From the NCBI GenBank assembly GCA_003558065.1, contig PWMU01000188.1, positions 14,936-78,935 on the forward strand: a stretch of DNA of 64,000 nt, read 5' to 3'. The position numbers were made by a program, and so were the translations under genes. The notes under the pieces are model-generated. The model did no database searches. It was not told the DNA's origin and worked only from the letters and a program-made list of their open reading frames with translations. Shown here in pieces: positions 9,988 through 20,052 of the stretch. Every line of letters starts with the position of its first letter. The first letter of the stretch is position 1. The stretch comes from Opitutia bacterium. Lineage in GTDB: Bacteria; Verrucomicrobiota; Verrucomicrobiia; Opitutales; T3Sed10-336.

Positions 9988-10536
9988 ATGGAACCCATGA
10001 AAATCACCCTCGTCGCGGCAACATCTCTCGACGGCTTTATCACCCGGCACGACGAGCCGGGCAGCGATTTCACCTCGCCGGCTGACAGCCGCTACCTGCG
10101 GAAAATCCTGCCCCGCTTCGACTGCTGTATTTTCGGAAGCAAGAGTTACCGGGTTGCGCGCGAGTGGATGCGCACACGGTTGATGCCCGACAAGCTGAGA
10201 GTCACCCTGACCCGCACGCCCGAGCAATATGCCGGTGAGGCTGTGCCGGGCAGCTTCGAATTCACCCGGAATTCTCCCCGGGAGATCGTTGAAGACCTTC
10301 GAGCCCGAAACTACCGTGAGTGTGCTCTCCTCGGCGGAGGGCAGACCTACAGCCGTTTTCTTCAAGCCGGATACGTGGATGAAATCTGGGTGACGGTTGA
10401 AGCACGGCTGTTTGGCACCGGCACCCAACTCTGCCCGGGACAATTCGATATTCCCCTCAGGCTCCTCGCCCACGAATCCCTCGGCGGCGACACCCTGTTG
10501 CTGAAGTACACGCTGCAACAAAACCCGGCCTGTTAG
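9988..10536 (+). CDS. dihydrofolate-reductase-like / RibD C-terminal domain protein
   Basis: MKITLVAATSLDGFITRHDE...LLGGGQTYSRFLQAGYVDEIWVTVEARLFG. Confidence 0.7.
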   Translation: MEPMKITLVAATSLDGFITRHDEPGSDFTSPADSRYLRKILPRFDCCIFGSKSYRVAREWMRTRLMPDKLRVTLTRTPEQYAGEAVPGSFEFTRNSPREIVEDLRARNYRECALLGGGQTYSRFLQAGYVDEIWVTVEARLFGTGTQLCPGQFDIPLRLLAHESLGGDTLLLKYTLQQNPAC

Positions 10537-11503
10537 GCAAGGATAACCCGATGTCGTTGCCGGGAATGCCGCCTCCGGGAGCGGCTGCCGGCCGGACGCT
10601 GAACGTGACACGTTTCGCCGGCCACCCGCAGCCCAGGATCATCGGGGAGGTTCCCTCAAGCCCGCTTTCTCCGGCCGTCAAAGCCGGTCTATCGGGGAAT
10701 CCCCCACGGGACCGATAGGGCTTAATGCCAGCTGTCAAATAAGGGCTTCCCTGATTGCTGAAACATGCTTTTTAAAGTATTCTTTAACTCCTTTTTTACA
10801 ACATTTCATTTCCCGCTGCGCAGCGAACTTGTAAAGCGCGAGAATTCTGATACGATTGCCGAAGTGCTTCCGGCAGGTAAACGAGCAACACCATTCAAGA
10901 AACCGTAAAGGTCTGTGCGAACTCCCCCCAATCGGTTTCGCCTGATTTCCATGAGTCCTGATTCGATCCAGCACTATCTCATCAACCTGACAATTGATCA
11001 CCCGATAATTCACCCGGAGGCTTCTCCCGGGGTCAGGTTCGTTTTGTCCGCCCTCGAGGATGGTGGACCCTGCAGCGGAGGACCTGAATCCTCGGCGAAC
11101 TTCAAACCGCGGCCAAAAGACCTCAACCGCCCGGGGTCACCCCGGTTTCTCAAACACCGTTTTCTCTACTGGTTCTTTTGAATCCCCCTGCTCGGGTTAG
11201 TGGGCACCAAGGCGCCGGACCTGCAAGGCGAGCTATTTTCAGCTCTAAATCACCACAGTTTCACTGAATCGATCCTAAGGGAGACCCGGACCCATAAACA
11301 ATCATAACGGAGCTTCAAATATTACCGAAATTTTACCTAGACCATATCGAACCATCATAAATTACGTAAAAAAACAAACAAAGCCTATCAAAAGGCTTGA
11401 TTGAGCAAAAATAAGAGACTAGAGTCCAAAATATTACAAAATCACCCGGTGGTTTTACCCACTCCAAACTCTTAGAGCAGGATCGGGTTAGTCCGAAAAT
11501 CCA

Positions 11504-12637
11504 ATGAGCACACCAAGCCAAGTCAACGCTTCTCCGATTATGGAGAACAATGGGTTACCGCACGGTAAGGCAATGAAAATGGGGCCTCAGAACGGGCTGC
11601 AGTTTCTTCCGACCGTACAGGAATCCCTCGTCGAACAGGATGTATGGGCGCAACTGAGTGAATTTTATGTGCGGAGTGCTCATGTTATCCCCTGGCGGAC
11701 CCGCGGATCCCGTGAACACCTCGAATTCATCGACCCGGCGATCGAATCCTGGCTGGGGCTGCCCGAAAAGAACTGGTACCTTCAGGGGTTCTGGTCGGAC
11801 CGTGTTCATCCGGAGGACCGCGAGGCATTCCTGGCGTTCACCCGGGGCGAAGCGCTCGAGACGGGACTCCACCTCCACCGCTACAGAATGTTGACCCAGG
11901 AAAACGAAGCCATCTGGATTCAGGAGGTGAGTTGCGTGCGGCCGATTTCCCCTGCAGAACGATTGATTTGCGGGATGTTCATCGACGTCAGCCGGGAACA
12001 GGAATTGACCGAAGAGGTTCTCAGGATCAGTAATTTCGAGCGCGAACGCCTGGGACAGGATCTGCACGACGACTTCTGCCAGAACCTGGCGGGGATTGCC
12101 TGCCTGTCGAAAAGGCTTGAGCAGAACCTTCAAAAAGACTCCCCCGCCAACGCCGAGTTCGCCAAAGAGATCACCGACCAAATCAACGAAGCCGTCAACC
12201 GCGTTCGCGCCCTGTCACACAGTCTGTCACCGCTGCAACTGGAAGACGGGGAACTTGTCGAATGCCTGGAGAATCTTGTCCGCGAGACGGAGCAACGGTC
12301 GGGCGTCATCTGCAGCCCCTCCCTGGATCCCACCGTGCAGGTTGACTCTCCGGACACACGCCTCCACCTGTTCCGGCTCTGCCAGGAGGCAATCCGAAAC
12401 GCCGTTTCTCACGGCAAAGCGAGCCAAGTCTCTCTCTGCCTCGTCCGTCAGGATCATTCCCTCTGCAAACTCACCATTCAGGACAATGGCAGGGGATTTC
12501 CCGATCGCCCCACTTCCCACGAAGGGCTGGGCATACGTTTAATGAAACATCGTTGCCGGCAGTTCGGCGGAAACCTGACTCTTCGCAACAGCGCCCAGGG
12601 CGGCGCCATTGTTGAATGTGTTTTCTCCAACCCGTGA
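11504..12637 (+). CDS. sensor histidine kinase (PAS-like + HisKA_3 + HATPase)
   Basis: H-box ERERLGQDLHDDFCQNLAGI. ATPase G-boxes IQDNGRGF and GLGIRLMKHR. Confidence 0.85.
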   Translation: MSTPSQVNASPIMENNGLPHGKAMKMGPQNGLQFLPTVQESLVEQDVWAQLSEFYVRSAHVIPWRTRGSREHLEFIDPAIESWLGLPEKNWYLQGFWSDRVHPEDREAFLAFTRGEALETGLHLHRYRMLTQENEAIWIQEVSCVRPISPAERLICGMFIDVSREQELTEEVLRISNFERERLGQDLHDDFCQNLAGIACLSKRLEQNLQKDSPANAEFAKEITDQINEAVNRVRALSHSLSPLQLEDGELVECLENLVRETEQRSGVICSPSLDPTVQVDSPDTRLHLFRLCQEAIRNAVSHGKASQVSLCLVRQDHSLCKLTIQDNGRGFPDRPTSHEGLGIRLMKHRCRQFGGNLTLRNSAQGGAIVECVFSNP

Positions 12638-12674
12638 AGCTTCGGCGCCAACCCTCGTGATTAAGGAGTAACCA

Positions 12675-13340
12675 TTGAAACGAAAAATTAAAATCTTCAT
12701 TGTCGACGACCACGCGCTCATGCGTCGTGGACTGGCCGATCTGGTTAACAACGAGGAGGATCTGGCCGTATGCGGCGAGGCCGAAGACGCTCCAACCGCA
12801 TTGAGTGGAGTCAGTAAGACCAGTCCGGATCTTCTCATCGCCGATATGTCCCTTCGGGGAAGCAGCGGAATCGAGCTTATCAAGAACGTCAAGGTACTCC
12901 ATCCCGATCTTCCCATCCTGGTGCTTTCGATGCATGACGAAAACATCTACGCTCAACGGGTGCTGCGGGCGGGGGCGAAAGCCTACGTGATGAAGCAGGA
13001 CGCGGCGGAACGGGTCCTGCAGGCGATTCGCAAGATCCTGAAGGGAGAAATCTATGTCAGCGAGCGAGTGGGAACACAGATGCTCCAGCAAATCGTCCGT
13101 GGCCGGTCACCGGCGGAATCCTCGCCGGTCGACCGCTTGAGCGACCGCGAACTTGAAGTGGTGCAATTGATCGGGCGCGGCCGCACCACTCGCGAAATCG
13201 CGAAGAGTCTGAATGTGAGCATCAAGACAATTGAATCTCACCGCGCCCACTTGAAGGAGAAACTTGATCTGAAAAACGCGACCGAACTCGTTCAGTTCTG
13301 CGTACAATGGGTGGAGCAAGAGAACACCGTCAACCGATAG
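12675..13340 (+). CDS. NarL/LuxR-family response regulator
   Basis: Receiver domain (IFIVDDH...LLIADMSL) plus C-terminal LuxR HTH (LSDRELEVVQLIGRGRTTREIAKSLNVSIKTIESHRAHLKEKL). Confidence 0.9.
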   Translation: MKRKIKIFIVDDHALMRRGLADLVNNEEDLAVCGEAEDAPTALSGVSKTSPDLLIADMSLRGSSGIELIKNVKVLHPDLPILVLSMHDENIYAQRVLRAGAKAYVMKQDAAERVLQAIRKILKGEIYVSERVGTQMLQQIVRGRSPAESSPVDRLSDRELEVVQLIGRGRTTREIAKSLNVSIKTIESHRAHLKEKLDLKNATELVQFCVQWVEQENTVNR

Positions 13341-13605
13341 GTCACATGCGATTCAAGCGGAGTCAGGCACGTTTCAAAGCCGACATCCTCGCCGTTGGCC
13401 TAACGCCCGAAACCGGTTTTCCGCGACGTGCATGGCGAATGTGAGTGTCATAGTCCATAGCCCCGACACGCCCCATACAGGGAAAATCGCACAGGCCATT
13501 AGCGTTCTCCCTTATGGCCGGGTCGGACTTTCAGGGGGTACCCCGGAAGGGCGTAACCTGATTGCCCCTTTTTGCCACACACGCTAGAGTGTCACACTAA
13601 AAAGC

Positions 13606-14289
13606 GTGAATAAACACACACCAATCCAAGTTTTCATTATCGACAGTCATCCGGTGCTGGTAGGGGGCCTGCGCTCGCTTCTGGAAGACGCCCAGGGGGT
13701 TGAAGTCTGCGGCAGTGCGATTTCCGTGGATCTGATACCGGAACGACTTAAATCCGCCCCGCCCGATATTTTCATTGTCGATATCTACTTTAAATTCTCC
13801 GAGGGGTTCGAGATTCTCAAGGGGGTACAGTTGAAATTCCCCCAATCCTCGATACTGGTCTTTTCGATGCATGATGAGGCTTTCTACGCTGAAAGAGCTT
13901 TACATTCCGGAGCAAAAGGCTACATTATGATGAATGAAAGTTCAGGCGAAATCCTCCGTGCCATCAGGCAAGTAGCGGATGGGGGATTGTACGTCAGTGA
14001 TCGCCTCAAAAGTATTCTGCTTTCACAACTGGACACCTCATCGAAGCAGGAAATCGTCAACCCGATCAAGAAACTCACCAACCGCGAACTCCAAGTGATC
14101 GAGCTGATAGGTCAAGGCAAGAACAACCGGGAAATCTCAACCCAGATGAATATTCGCCTCAAGACCGTGGAAGCTCACCGGTTTCGCATCAAAGAAAAAT
14201 TAAACCTCAAGCACTCCACCGAATTGATCCAATTCGCAATTCACTGGTTGCAGCGGGAAGGCAGGTTCGACAACGCCCTCTCAAGCTGA
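13606..14289 (+). CDS. NarL/LuxR-family response regulator (second copy)
   Basis: Receiver domain plus LTNRELQVIELIGQGKNNREISTQMNIRLKTVEAHRFRIKEKL. This gene is noticeably less GC-rich than its neighbour. Confidence 0.9.
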   Translation: MNKHTPIQVFIIDSHPVLVGGLRSLLEDAQGVEVCGSAISVDLIPERLKSAPPDIFIVDIYFKFSEGFEILKGVQLKFPQSSILVFSMHDEAFYAERALHSGAKGYIMMNESSGEILRAIRQVADGGLYVSDRLKSILLSQLDTSSKQEIVNPIKKLTNRELQVIELIGQGKNNREISTQMNIRLKTVEAHRFRIKEKLNLKHSTELIQFAIHWLQREGRFDNALSS

Positions 14290-14359
14290 CCATCATTCCC
14301 GATGATACGGGATCGTTGTTTCTGTTCCATCTCACAGGCCTCCTTAATCCTCCTTACTT

Positions 14360-14785
14360 ATGAGCATAAGTTCTTCCTCTAAAGCACGTTCCACTACAAA
14401 AAAAGCGCCGTCAGGCAAGCGAATCCTGCTTGTGGAGGATGAGCCTTCCGCCCTGCGCCTCTTTTCTGAAATTCTCCGAAAAGAAGGTCATGAAGTCGTT
14501 GAGTCCAGCAATGGGGAGGAAGCGATGGAGCAGGTAAAGGGAAAGAAGCCGCAGCAGGTCGACCTGCTGGTTTCAGATCTGGTCATGCCTGGCGTCGGCG
14601 GCCTGGAGTTGGCTTCACGGTTTCGCGAGGTGTATCCAAACACAAAGATCCTCCTTCTTTCCGGGTACACCGAGGACGTGGTGATTCTTGAGGAGCGCCT
14701 GAGCCAGGATACCCACTTTCTGCCCAAACCTTTCCGGGCGGAAACATTCCGAACCAAGATCCAGGAACTGCTTGCGCAGGCATGA
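14360..14785 (+). CDS. single-domain response regulator (CheY-like receiver)
   Basis: RILLVEDEPS...DLLVSDLVMPGVGG...KILLLSGY...PKPF. Confidence 0.85.
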   Translation: MSISSSSKARSTTKKAPSGKRILLVEDEPSALRLFSEILRKEGHEVVESSNGEEAMEQVKGKKPQQVDLLVSDLVMPGVGGLELASRFREVYPNTKILLLSGYTEDVVILEERLSQDTHFLPKPFRAETFRTKIQELLAQA

Positions 14786-15267
14786 AAACACTTCCCCAGA
14801 TCGCTTTATCTCTCGAAGCGAACCGGGGTCTGTTGTTTGAGTTGCTACGTATTTATCTCGGGGTGGCGCTGTTTGTGCGTGGCATGGTGTTCTGGACTTA
14901 CGAAGGCGAAGACCCGCTCTTCGGCTATCAGGACGACATTCACAGCCTGTTTGCCCAGGCCGCATTTGCCCACTACATTATCGGAGCTCACCTGGCGGGC
15001 GGATTACTGCTGGCCGCCGGGTTATTAACCCGTATCGCGGCACTCGTTCAAATCCCGATCCTTTTCGTTGCCGTATTCTTCCTTCACTTTCAGGAGGGCC
15101 TTTTCGCAGCCGGACAAAGCCTGGAGCTTTCCGCTCTGGTCCTGTTTCTGCTGATACTGATAGTTCTCCACGGGCCCGGACGCTGGTCCGTGGACGCGTG
15201 GCTGACGGAATCGCAACGGCTCCGGAAAAGCAACACCTCCCCCGGGAAAGAAAGGGAACAGGAGTAA
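14782..15267 (+). CDS. DoxX-family membrane protein
   Basis: Four hydrophobic helices. There is a 4-nt overlap with the upstream receiver gene. Confidence 0.65.
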   Translation: MKTLPQIALSLEANRGLLFELLRIYLGVALFVRGMVFWTYEGEDPLFGYQDDIHSLFAQAAFAHYIIGAHLAGGLLLAAGLLTRIAALVQIPILFVAVFFLHFQEGLFAAGQSLELSALVLFLLILIVLHGPGRWSVDAWLTESQRLRKSNTSPGKEREQE

Positions 15268-15463
15268 TCGGAATGCAACTCGGTTAGGCGGGTAGATCGA
15301 TGGAAGGATGGGTACCGCAGGCACAACGGACACACCCCACCGCTCTCCAGAGGGGGGACCATGGGCCAGCATGGTGGGGTGTGTCGACCAACCGGCCTGA
15401 ATCTTCCACTCTCCCAAAAGCCCAACCCTTCGGCTCGAGGCCGCTAACCGAGCGCCATTCGGA

Positions 15464-15880
15464 CTAATCCATCTCTGCCTGAACCGCCTCCAAAATGCGT
15501 TCGGACAGATCGCGTTTCTCTCGCTGCACAACTTCGATCTCTTCCTCCAGCTCGGCGATACGTTCCTCCCGCTCCGCCACCCGTTCTTCAAGTTTCTCTC
15601 TCAGCTCTTCGTTTTCGGAAGCCTCCTCCAACTCTTCGCGCAGGCGATCCTTGAGCTGACGCAGCTCCGCCAGCTCATCTTCCTTGCGTGCCGAGGTTCC
15701 CCGGGCCTCCTCCAATTCCTGCTCCAGCGTCTCGATCCGCTCCTCCGATTCCGCAAGGGCCTCCAACAGGTGATCTCGCTCGGAAACAATGCTGTCGTGC
15801 TCCTCGCGACTGACACACCCGGACAAAACGGCCATGACAATGATTCCTTGAATGATCCACTTCAAACGACGCTTAACCAT
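15464..15880 (-). CDS. coiled-coil lipoprotein
   Basis: Lipobox VMAVLSGC followed by E/R/L heptad-rich sequence. Confidence 0.6.
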   Translation of the reverse strand: MVKRRLKWIIQGIIVMAVLSGCVSREEHDSIVSERDHLLEALAESEERIETLEQELEEARGTSARKEDELAELRQLKDRLREELEEASENEELREKLEERVAEREERIAELEEEIEVVQREKRDLSERILEAVQAEMD

Positions 15881-16111
15881 TTTCTGCTCCTGTTCCTGTT
15901 ATGTTTTAGTTGACGCCCCGGAAGTGGAACCGACCGAATCCAGCGAGATTTCCGGCCGGCTCTCTAATCCGCTCACGAGCGTGATTACAGACTATTAAGG
16001 GAATTCACCGGTGCCTTGCGGACGCGAACAACCCTTTGATAGTAACAACTCTATCCAGCTGTCAAGCAGGCTCGACTCAGGGAAACCGTTCGATGTTTTC
16101 CCGTTTCCCCC

Positions 16112-17527
16112 TCACACCAACTCCAACTTCACGGCGGATTCGGCCGCCTGCAGGCGATCGATCGCCGCGCGCCGCTCCTCGCCCAACAACTGATGGGCCG
16201 GGACATATACGGCCTCGAGATCGGACACCGCTCCTTCCTCCCAGGCTCCGTCGAAAAGCGCAACGGTCCGTTTCCCCTGGCGACAGAGGCGGTCGGTCAA
16301 CTCACGGTACGGCTGAACGTAGTCCGGATCGGCACGCGGTCCCAGCCGGTCCCGGGCCGATTCGGAGAAGACGATCCCAACCGGCCGGCTGCCGGTATCG
16401 CTCGGGAAACGGGGAAACTCGATACGTTCGCGCAGCATTTCCTCTTCCGTCGGCGCCCCCGTCGTCCGCGGTTGTTTGCTTATCCAGGGTCTTGCCTTAT
16501 GAAACTCAACTGTTTTCAACCACGCCTCCATTTCGCCGACGTCCCTGGGATAAAACAATGCGATGAGCGGCTTGTCATGCTGGCGGGCGAGACCGGCGAA
16601 ACCGGTGAGATCGGAGGCGATCGTCGCGTCATCCCTTCCGGGCCGGTGCTGATGAAAGATCTCGTGAAAAACCGCATCCCAATGGGGAACGTAATGCTGA
16701 GGCGAAAAACCGATCCCCGCCAGCCGCGCTTCAATCGCCCCGGAGGCACAGCCCCAGATCGGAATCTCGCTCGGGAGCCGCTCGCGTAACCTCCGGTAAA
16801 AATCACCGTTCCACCGGTACCGGGCGGCGATCCATTTCAGAAAGTCCGGGTTCTCAAAGTTCTCCCAGAATTCGCGATCCTCCGCCGGAGGCAGTTCAAT
16901 CCCCTCTTCCTCGTGAAAGCGTTTGCGGCAATGCCCGCAGGCACACGAGTGGAAATCGGGTAGAAAATGAAGGTCGTCGGCCATGTAGGCGTCGATCGGC
17001 ACAGCCTCTCTGTGCCGATCGGCGTAGCCCAGGTAACTGCGCTGATGGCCGGGATGATTCGGGCAGAAACACTCGCAAGTATACCTTTCAAAATAAACCG
17101 GTTGTCCGTCACGGGCTGAAACCTGACGCCAATCCGCCATAGGTTCCCCCCGGTAGAAGGCGTGCTCCCAGCCGTCGGGATAGAAAGGAACGTGATGGAA
17201 GTTACGCTCCCGGATATCCCACCGGTCCCGCTCGTTGCGCACCCGGTGAACCAGAGTAGCCGAGTGGTGTTCAACCACTCGAAGACCGTGGTCATGACAG
17301 ATGTTTGAAACCTCCCGCAACATTCCGAACACGCGCTCGAAATGGGCATAGTAATCAAACCTGAAATGCAGGCCGAACATCACAACGGTATTGATTCCGT
17401 GCTTCTGAAAATGGAGTGCCCTGGCCGTCCACCTGGCGGTCAGCCCAGGGTCCGGCCAGGCGAAATCCTCCCAGGTCAGCCACCAAGAGGCAAGAACGGC
17501 ATCGTGTATCCAGTCTTTCGAATTCAT
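16112..17527 (-). CDS. hypothetical protein (possibly glycoside-hydrolase-like TIM barrel)
   Basis: 471-aa ORF with ordinary, W/H/Y-rich amino-acid composition. I recognise no motif with confidence. Confidence 0.55.
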   Translation of the reverse strand: MNSKDWIHDAVLASWWLTWEDFAWPDPGLTARWTARALHFQKHGINTVVMFGLHFRFDYYAHFERVFGMLREVSNICHDHGLRVVEHHSATLVHRVRNERDRWDIRERNFHHVPFYPDGWEHAFYRGEPMADWRQVSARDGQPVYFERYTCECFCPNHPGHQRSYLGYADRHREAVPIDAYMADDLHFLPDFHSCACGHCRKRFHEEEGIELPPAEDREFWENFENPDFLKWIAARYRWNGDFYRRLRERLPSEIPIWGCASGAIEARLAGIGFSPQHYVPHWDAVFHEIFHQHRPGRDDATIASDLTGFAGLARQHDKPLIALFYPRDVGEMEAWLKTVEFHKARPWISKQPRTTGAPTEEEMLRERIEFPRFPSDTGSRPVGIVFSESARDRLGPRADPDYVQPYRELTDRLCRQGKRTVALFDGAWEEGAVSDLEAVYVPAHQLLGEERRAAIDRLQAAESAVKLELV

Positions 17528-17633
17528 AGTCAGGGAACAAATCGTCGGGTTTCAGGTTTCGGGTGTCAGGTTCAAGAGCGCCATTCCGGGCAATCGTGAC
17601 GGCGGGAACATTATCGGGGGCTCGCTCCACACG

Positions 17634-18413
17634 CTACAACACGACCCGCAGGCCGTCGAATGCCAGCCGAACCCCGCGAGGAAGACCGGCCTCAACCTCC
17701 GCATGGTCCACGGTGTGGGTCAGGTGGGTCAGGTAGGTTTGAGAAGCGCCGATATCCAGGGCCGCTTCGGTAGCCTCTTTGATAGTCATGTGGCTGGGAT
17801 GCGGGGTTTGTCGCAGGCCGTCCAACACCACCAGATCCGCGCCCTGCGCCATTGCCCGCTGTTCGGGTGACACACTTTTGCAGTCGGTGTAATAGACGAA
17901 CTTCTTCCCGCTTCCGGCCTCCTCGAACACAAGTCCGAGGACCTCGATATCGCCGTGGGGCAGCCATGTGCGGCGGATGCGACCGTACGACCCTTCCAGC
18001 ACCTCGGGCATCTCCCGCAGCTCGAATGCCGGGTAGCCCCGTGTCGCCGCCCGGTCCAGAATTGCGTAAGGGTAAATACGCCCCACGCATTCGAGCGCCT
18101 CGGGTGAGGAAAAAACCGGCAGGGCATGGCCCTCCCGGTTATCGCAAAACCGCCGGAGGTCGTCCATTCCCATAATATGATCGGCATGCCCGTGGGTCAG
18201 GATAAAGAAATCGATTTGCGTAATTGCGTTACTGATGCACTGGAGGCGGAACTCGGGACCGGCATCGACCTGAATCCGCGTTCCACTCATCACCACATGC
18301 ACGCTCGTGCGGCTCCGCTTGTTCCGCGGATCGGGCGAGCGACAGATCGGACATTCGCATCCGATCATCGGCACGCCCTGGGAAGTGCCGGTCCCTAGGA
18401 AACACACCTCCAT
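17634..18413 (-). CDS. MBL-fold metallo-hydrolase (PhnP/GPMB-like)
   Basis: Starts MEVCFLGTGTSQGVPMIGCECPICRS and carries ILTHGHADH. The start is taken at the ATG ending 18413, one base from the nadB stop. Confidence 0.8.
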   Translation of the reverse strand: MEVCFLGTGTSQGVPMIGCECPICRSPDPRNKRSRTSVHVVMSGTRIQVDAGPEFRLQCISNAITQIDFFILTHGHADHIMGMDDLRRFCDNREGHALPVFSSPEALECVGRIYPYAILDRAATRGYPAFELREMPEVLEGSYGRIRRTWLPHGDIEVLGLVFEEAGSGKKFVYYTDCKSVSPEQRAMAQGADLVVLDGLRQTPHPSHMTIKEATEAALDIGASQTYLTHLTHTVDHAEVEAGLPRGVRLAFDGLRVVL

Positions 18414-18414
18414 C

Positions 18415-20037
18415 TCAGGGAACCTTGTCGGGTTTCCTCCGCACCCGGCTCGGTTCCGGGTAGGATAGCTTGTTCGGATGATCGATGGTGAAATGCAGGC
18501 CGCGACTTTCTTTGCGCTGGATGGCACACTCCACGATCAGCTCCGCAACGACGATGAGGTTGCGTAGTTCGAGCAGGCTCGAATCCACCGAAAAATTCCA
18601 GTAGTAGTCATGGATTTCCTGGGCGAGATTCCGGATGCGGGTGCGGGCACGTTCGAGCCGCCGGGTCGAACGCACGATCCCGACGTAGTCCCACATGGTC
18701 CGCCGAAGCTCGTCCCAGTTGTGCGAGATCACCACCCGTTCGTCCTCGTTGTGGCCCCCATAGTCGATCCATTCCGGCAGGGCAACCTCTTCGCGAGGCA
18801 CCTTGTCCAGGTAGGCATCCACCGCCCGGGCACCGCGGTGGGCGAGGACCAGGGCTTCGAGCAGCGAGTTGCTGGCGAGGCGGTTCGCCCCGTGCAAGCC
18901 AGTGCAGGCGGCTTCGCCGCAGGCGAAGAGGCCGGGCAGGCAGGTTTCGGCGTCGAGACTGGTCTCCACGCCTCCACAATTGTAATGCGCCGCCGGCACG
19001 ACCGGTATGCGGTCCTCGGCGATATTGAGACCGTTCTTCAGGCAGCGCTGGTAGATATTTGGGAAACGCCTCTTGAGGGTTTCTTCGGAATGATCGGTGA
19101 TATCCAGCAGGACATACGGGGCCCCGGTTTTTTTCATTTCCGCGTCGATCGCGCGCGCCACAACATCCCTCGGCGCCAGATCGGCCTGGGGGTGATACTC
19201 CGTCATAAAGGCGTGGCCGGGGAGGTTCCTGAGGACGGCGCCTTCCCCGCGAACGGCCTCGCTGATCAGGAAACGTTTTTCATCCGTGCTGTAGAGGGTC
19301 GTTGGATGGAACTGGATGAATTCCATATTCGCCACCGGCACACCCGCGCGGTACGCCATGGCCACACCGTCACCCGTGGCGATCTCCGGGTTGGTGCTAT
19401 ACAGGTAAACCTGCCCGATTCCTCCGGTGGCGATCAGAATAACCGGCGCTTCGAAGACCACCACCTTGTTGGCATGAACGTCCAGGGCGTACATACCGAT
19501 CACGCGGTCGCTCTCGGGCGATTCTCCTTTGGGGCGTCCTTCGACTTTACCCCGGGTGATGATATCGATCCCGAACGTATGTTCCAGCACGGTAATGTGC
19601 GGGGAGCGCGCCACCTGCGTGAGCAGGGCCTCCTCAATCGCCTTGCCGGTCATGTCCTTGACGTGGAGAATCCGCCTGCGGGAATGCCCCCCTTCCCGGC
19701 CGAGATCGTACTCGCCGTTCTCCTGCCTGGAAAACGCCAGACCGAACTCGATCAGTTCCTGGATTCGCGCCGGCCCTTCAGCCACGATCTCGCGGACCAC
19801 CTTTTCGTCACAAAGGCCGTCACCGGCATCCAGCGTATCGCGCACGTGACTTTCGAAATCATCCTGCTCCGACGTCACGCACGCGACGCCGCCCTGGGCG
19901 TAGTTGGTATTGGAATCGGCGCTGTTCTTTTTCGTCAGTATGGCGACACGCCGCCCCTGTGCCGCAACGGTAAGGGCAAAGCTCAAGCCGGCGATCCCGC
20001 TGCCCACCACCAAGACGTCAAATATCCGGGAACTCAT
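18415..20037 (-). CDS. nadB: L-aspartate oxidase
   Basis: FAD motif FDVLVVGSGIAGLSFAL, then YAQGG and RPGAVHTAL-like segments, and a C-terminal ESRGLHF. Confidence 0.9.
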   Translation of the reverse strand: MSSRIFDVLVVGSGIAGLSFALTVAAQGRRVAILTKKNSADSNTNYAQGGVACVTSEQDDFESHVRDTLDAGDGLCDEKVVREIVAEGPARIQELIEFGLAFSRQENGEYDLGREGGHSRRRILHVKDMTGKAIEEALLTQVARSPHITVLEHTFGIDIITRGKVEGRPKGESPESDRVIGMYALDVHANKVVVFEAPVILIATGGIGQVYLYSTNPEIATGDGVAMAYRAGVPVANMEFIQFHPTTLYSTDEKRFLISEAVRGEGAVLRNLPGHAFMTEYHPQADLAPRDVVARAIDAEMKKTGAPYVLLDITDHSEETLKRRFPNIYQRCLKNGLNIAEDRIPVVPAAHYNCGGVETSLDAETCLPGLFACGEAACTGLHGANRLASNSLLEALVLAHRGARAVDAYLDKVPREEVALPEWIDYGGHNEDERVVISHNWDELRRTMWDYVGIVRSTRRLERARTRIRNLAQEIHDYYWNFSVDSSLLELRNLIVVAELIVECAIQRKESRGLHFTIDHPNKLSYPEPSRVRRKPDKVP

Positions 20038-20052
20038 CGGGCCAAACGAAGG

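Noticed and set aside
10735-11013. 92-aa Cys-rich minus ORF in the AT-richer gap
   Set aside because: It has no recognisable motif or start context and sits isolated in a spacer. I kept it only as a note under the two-component finding.
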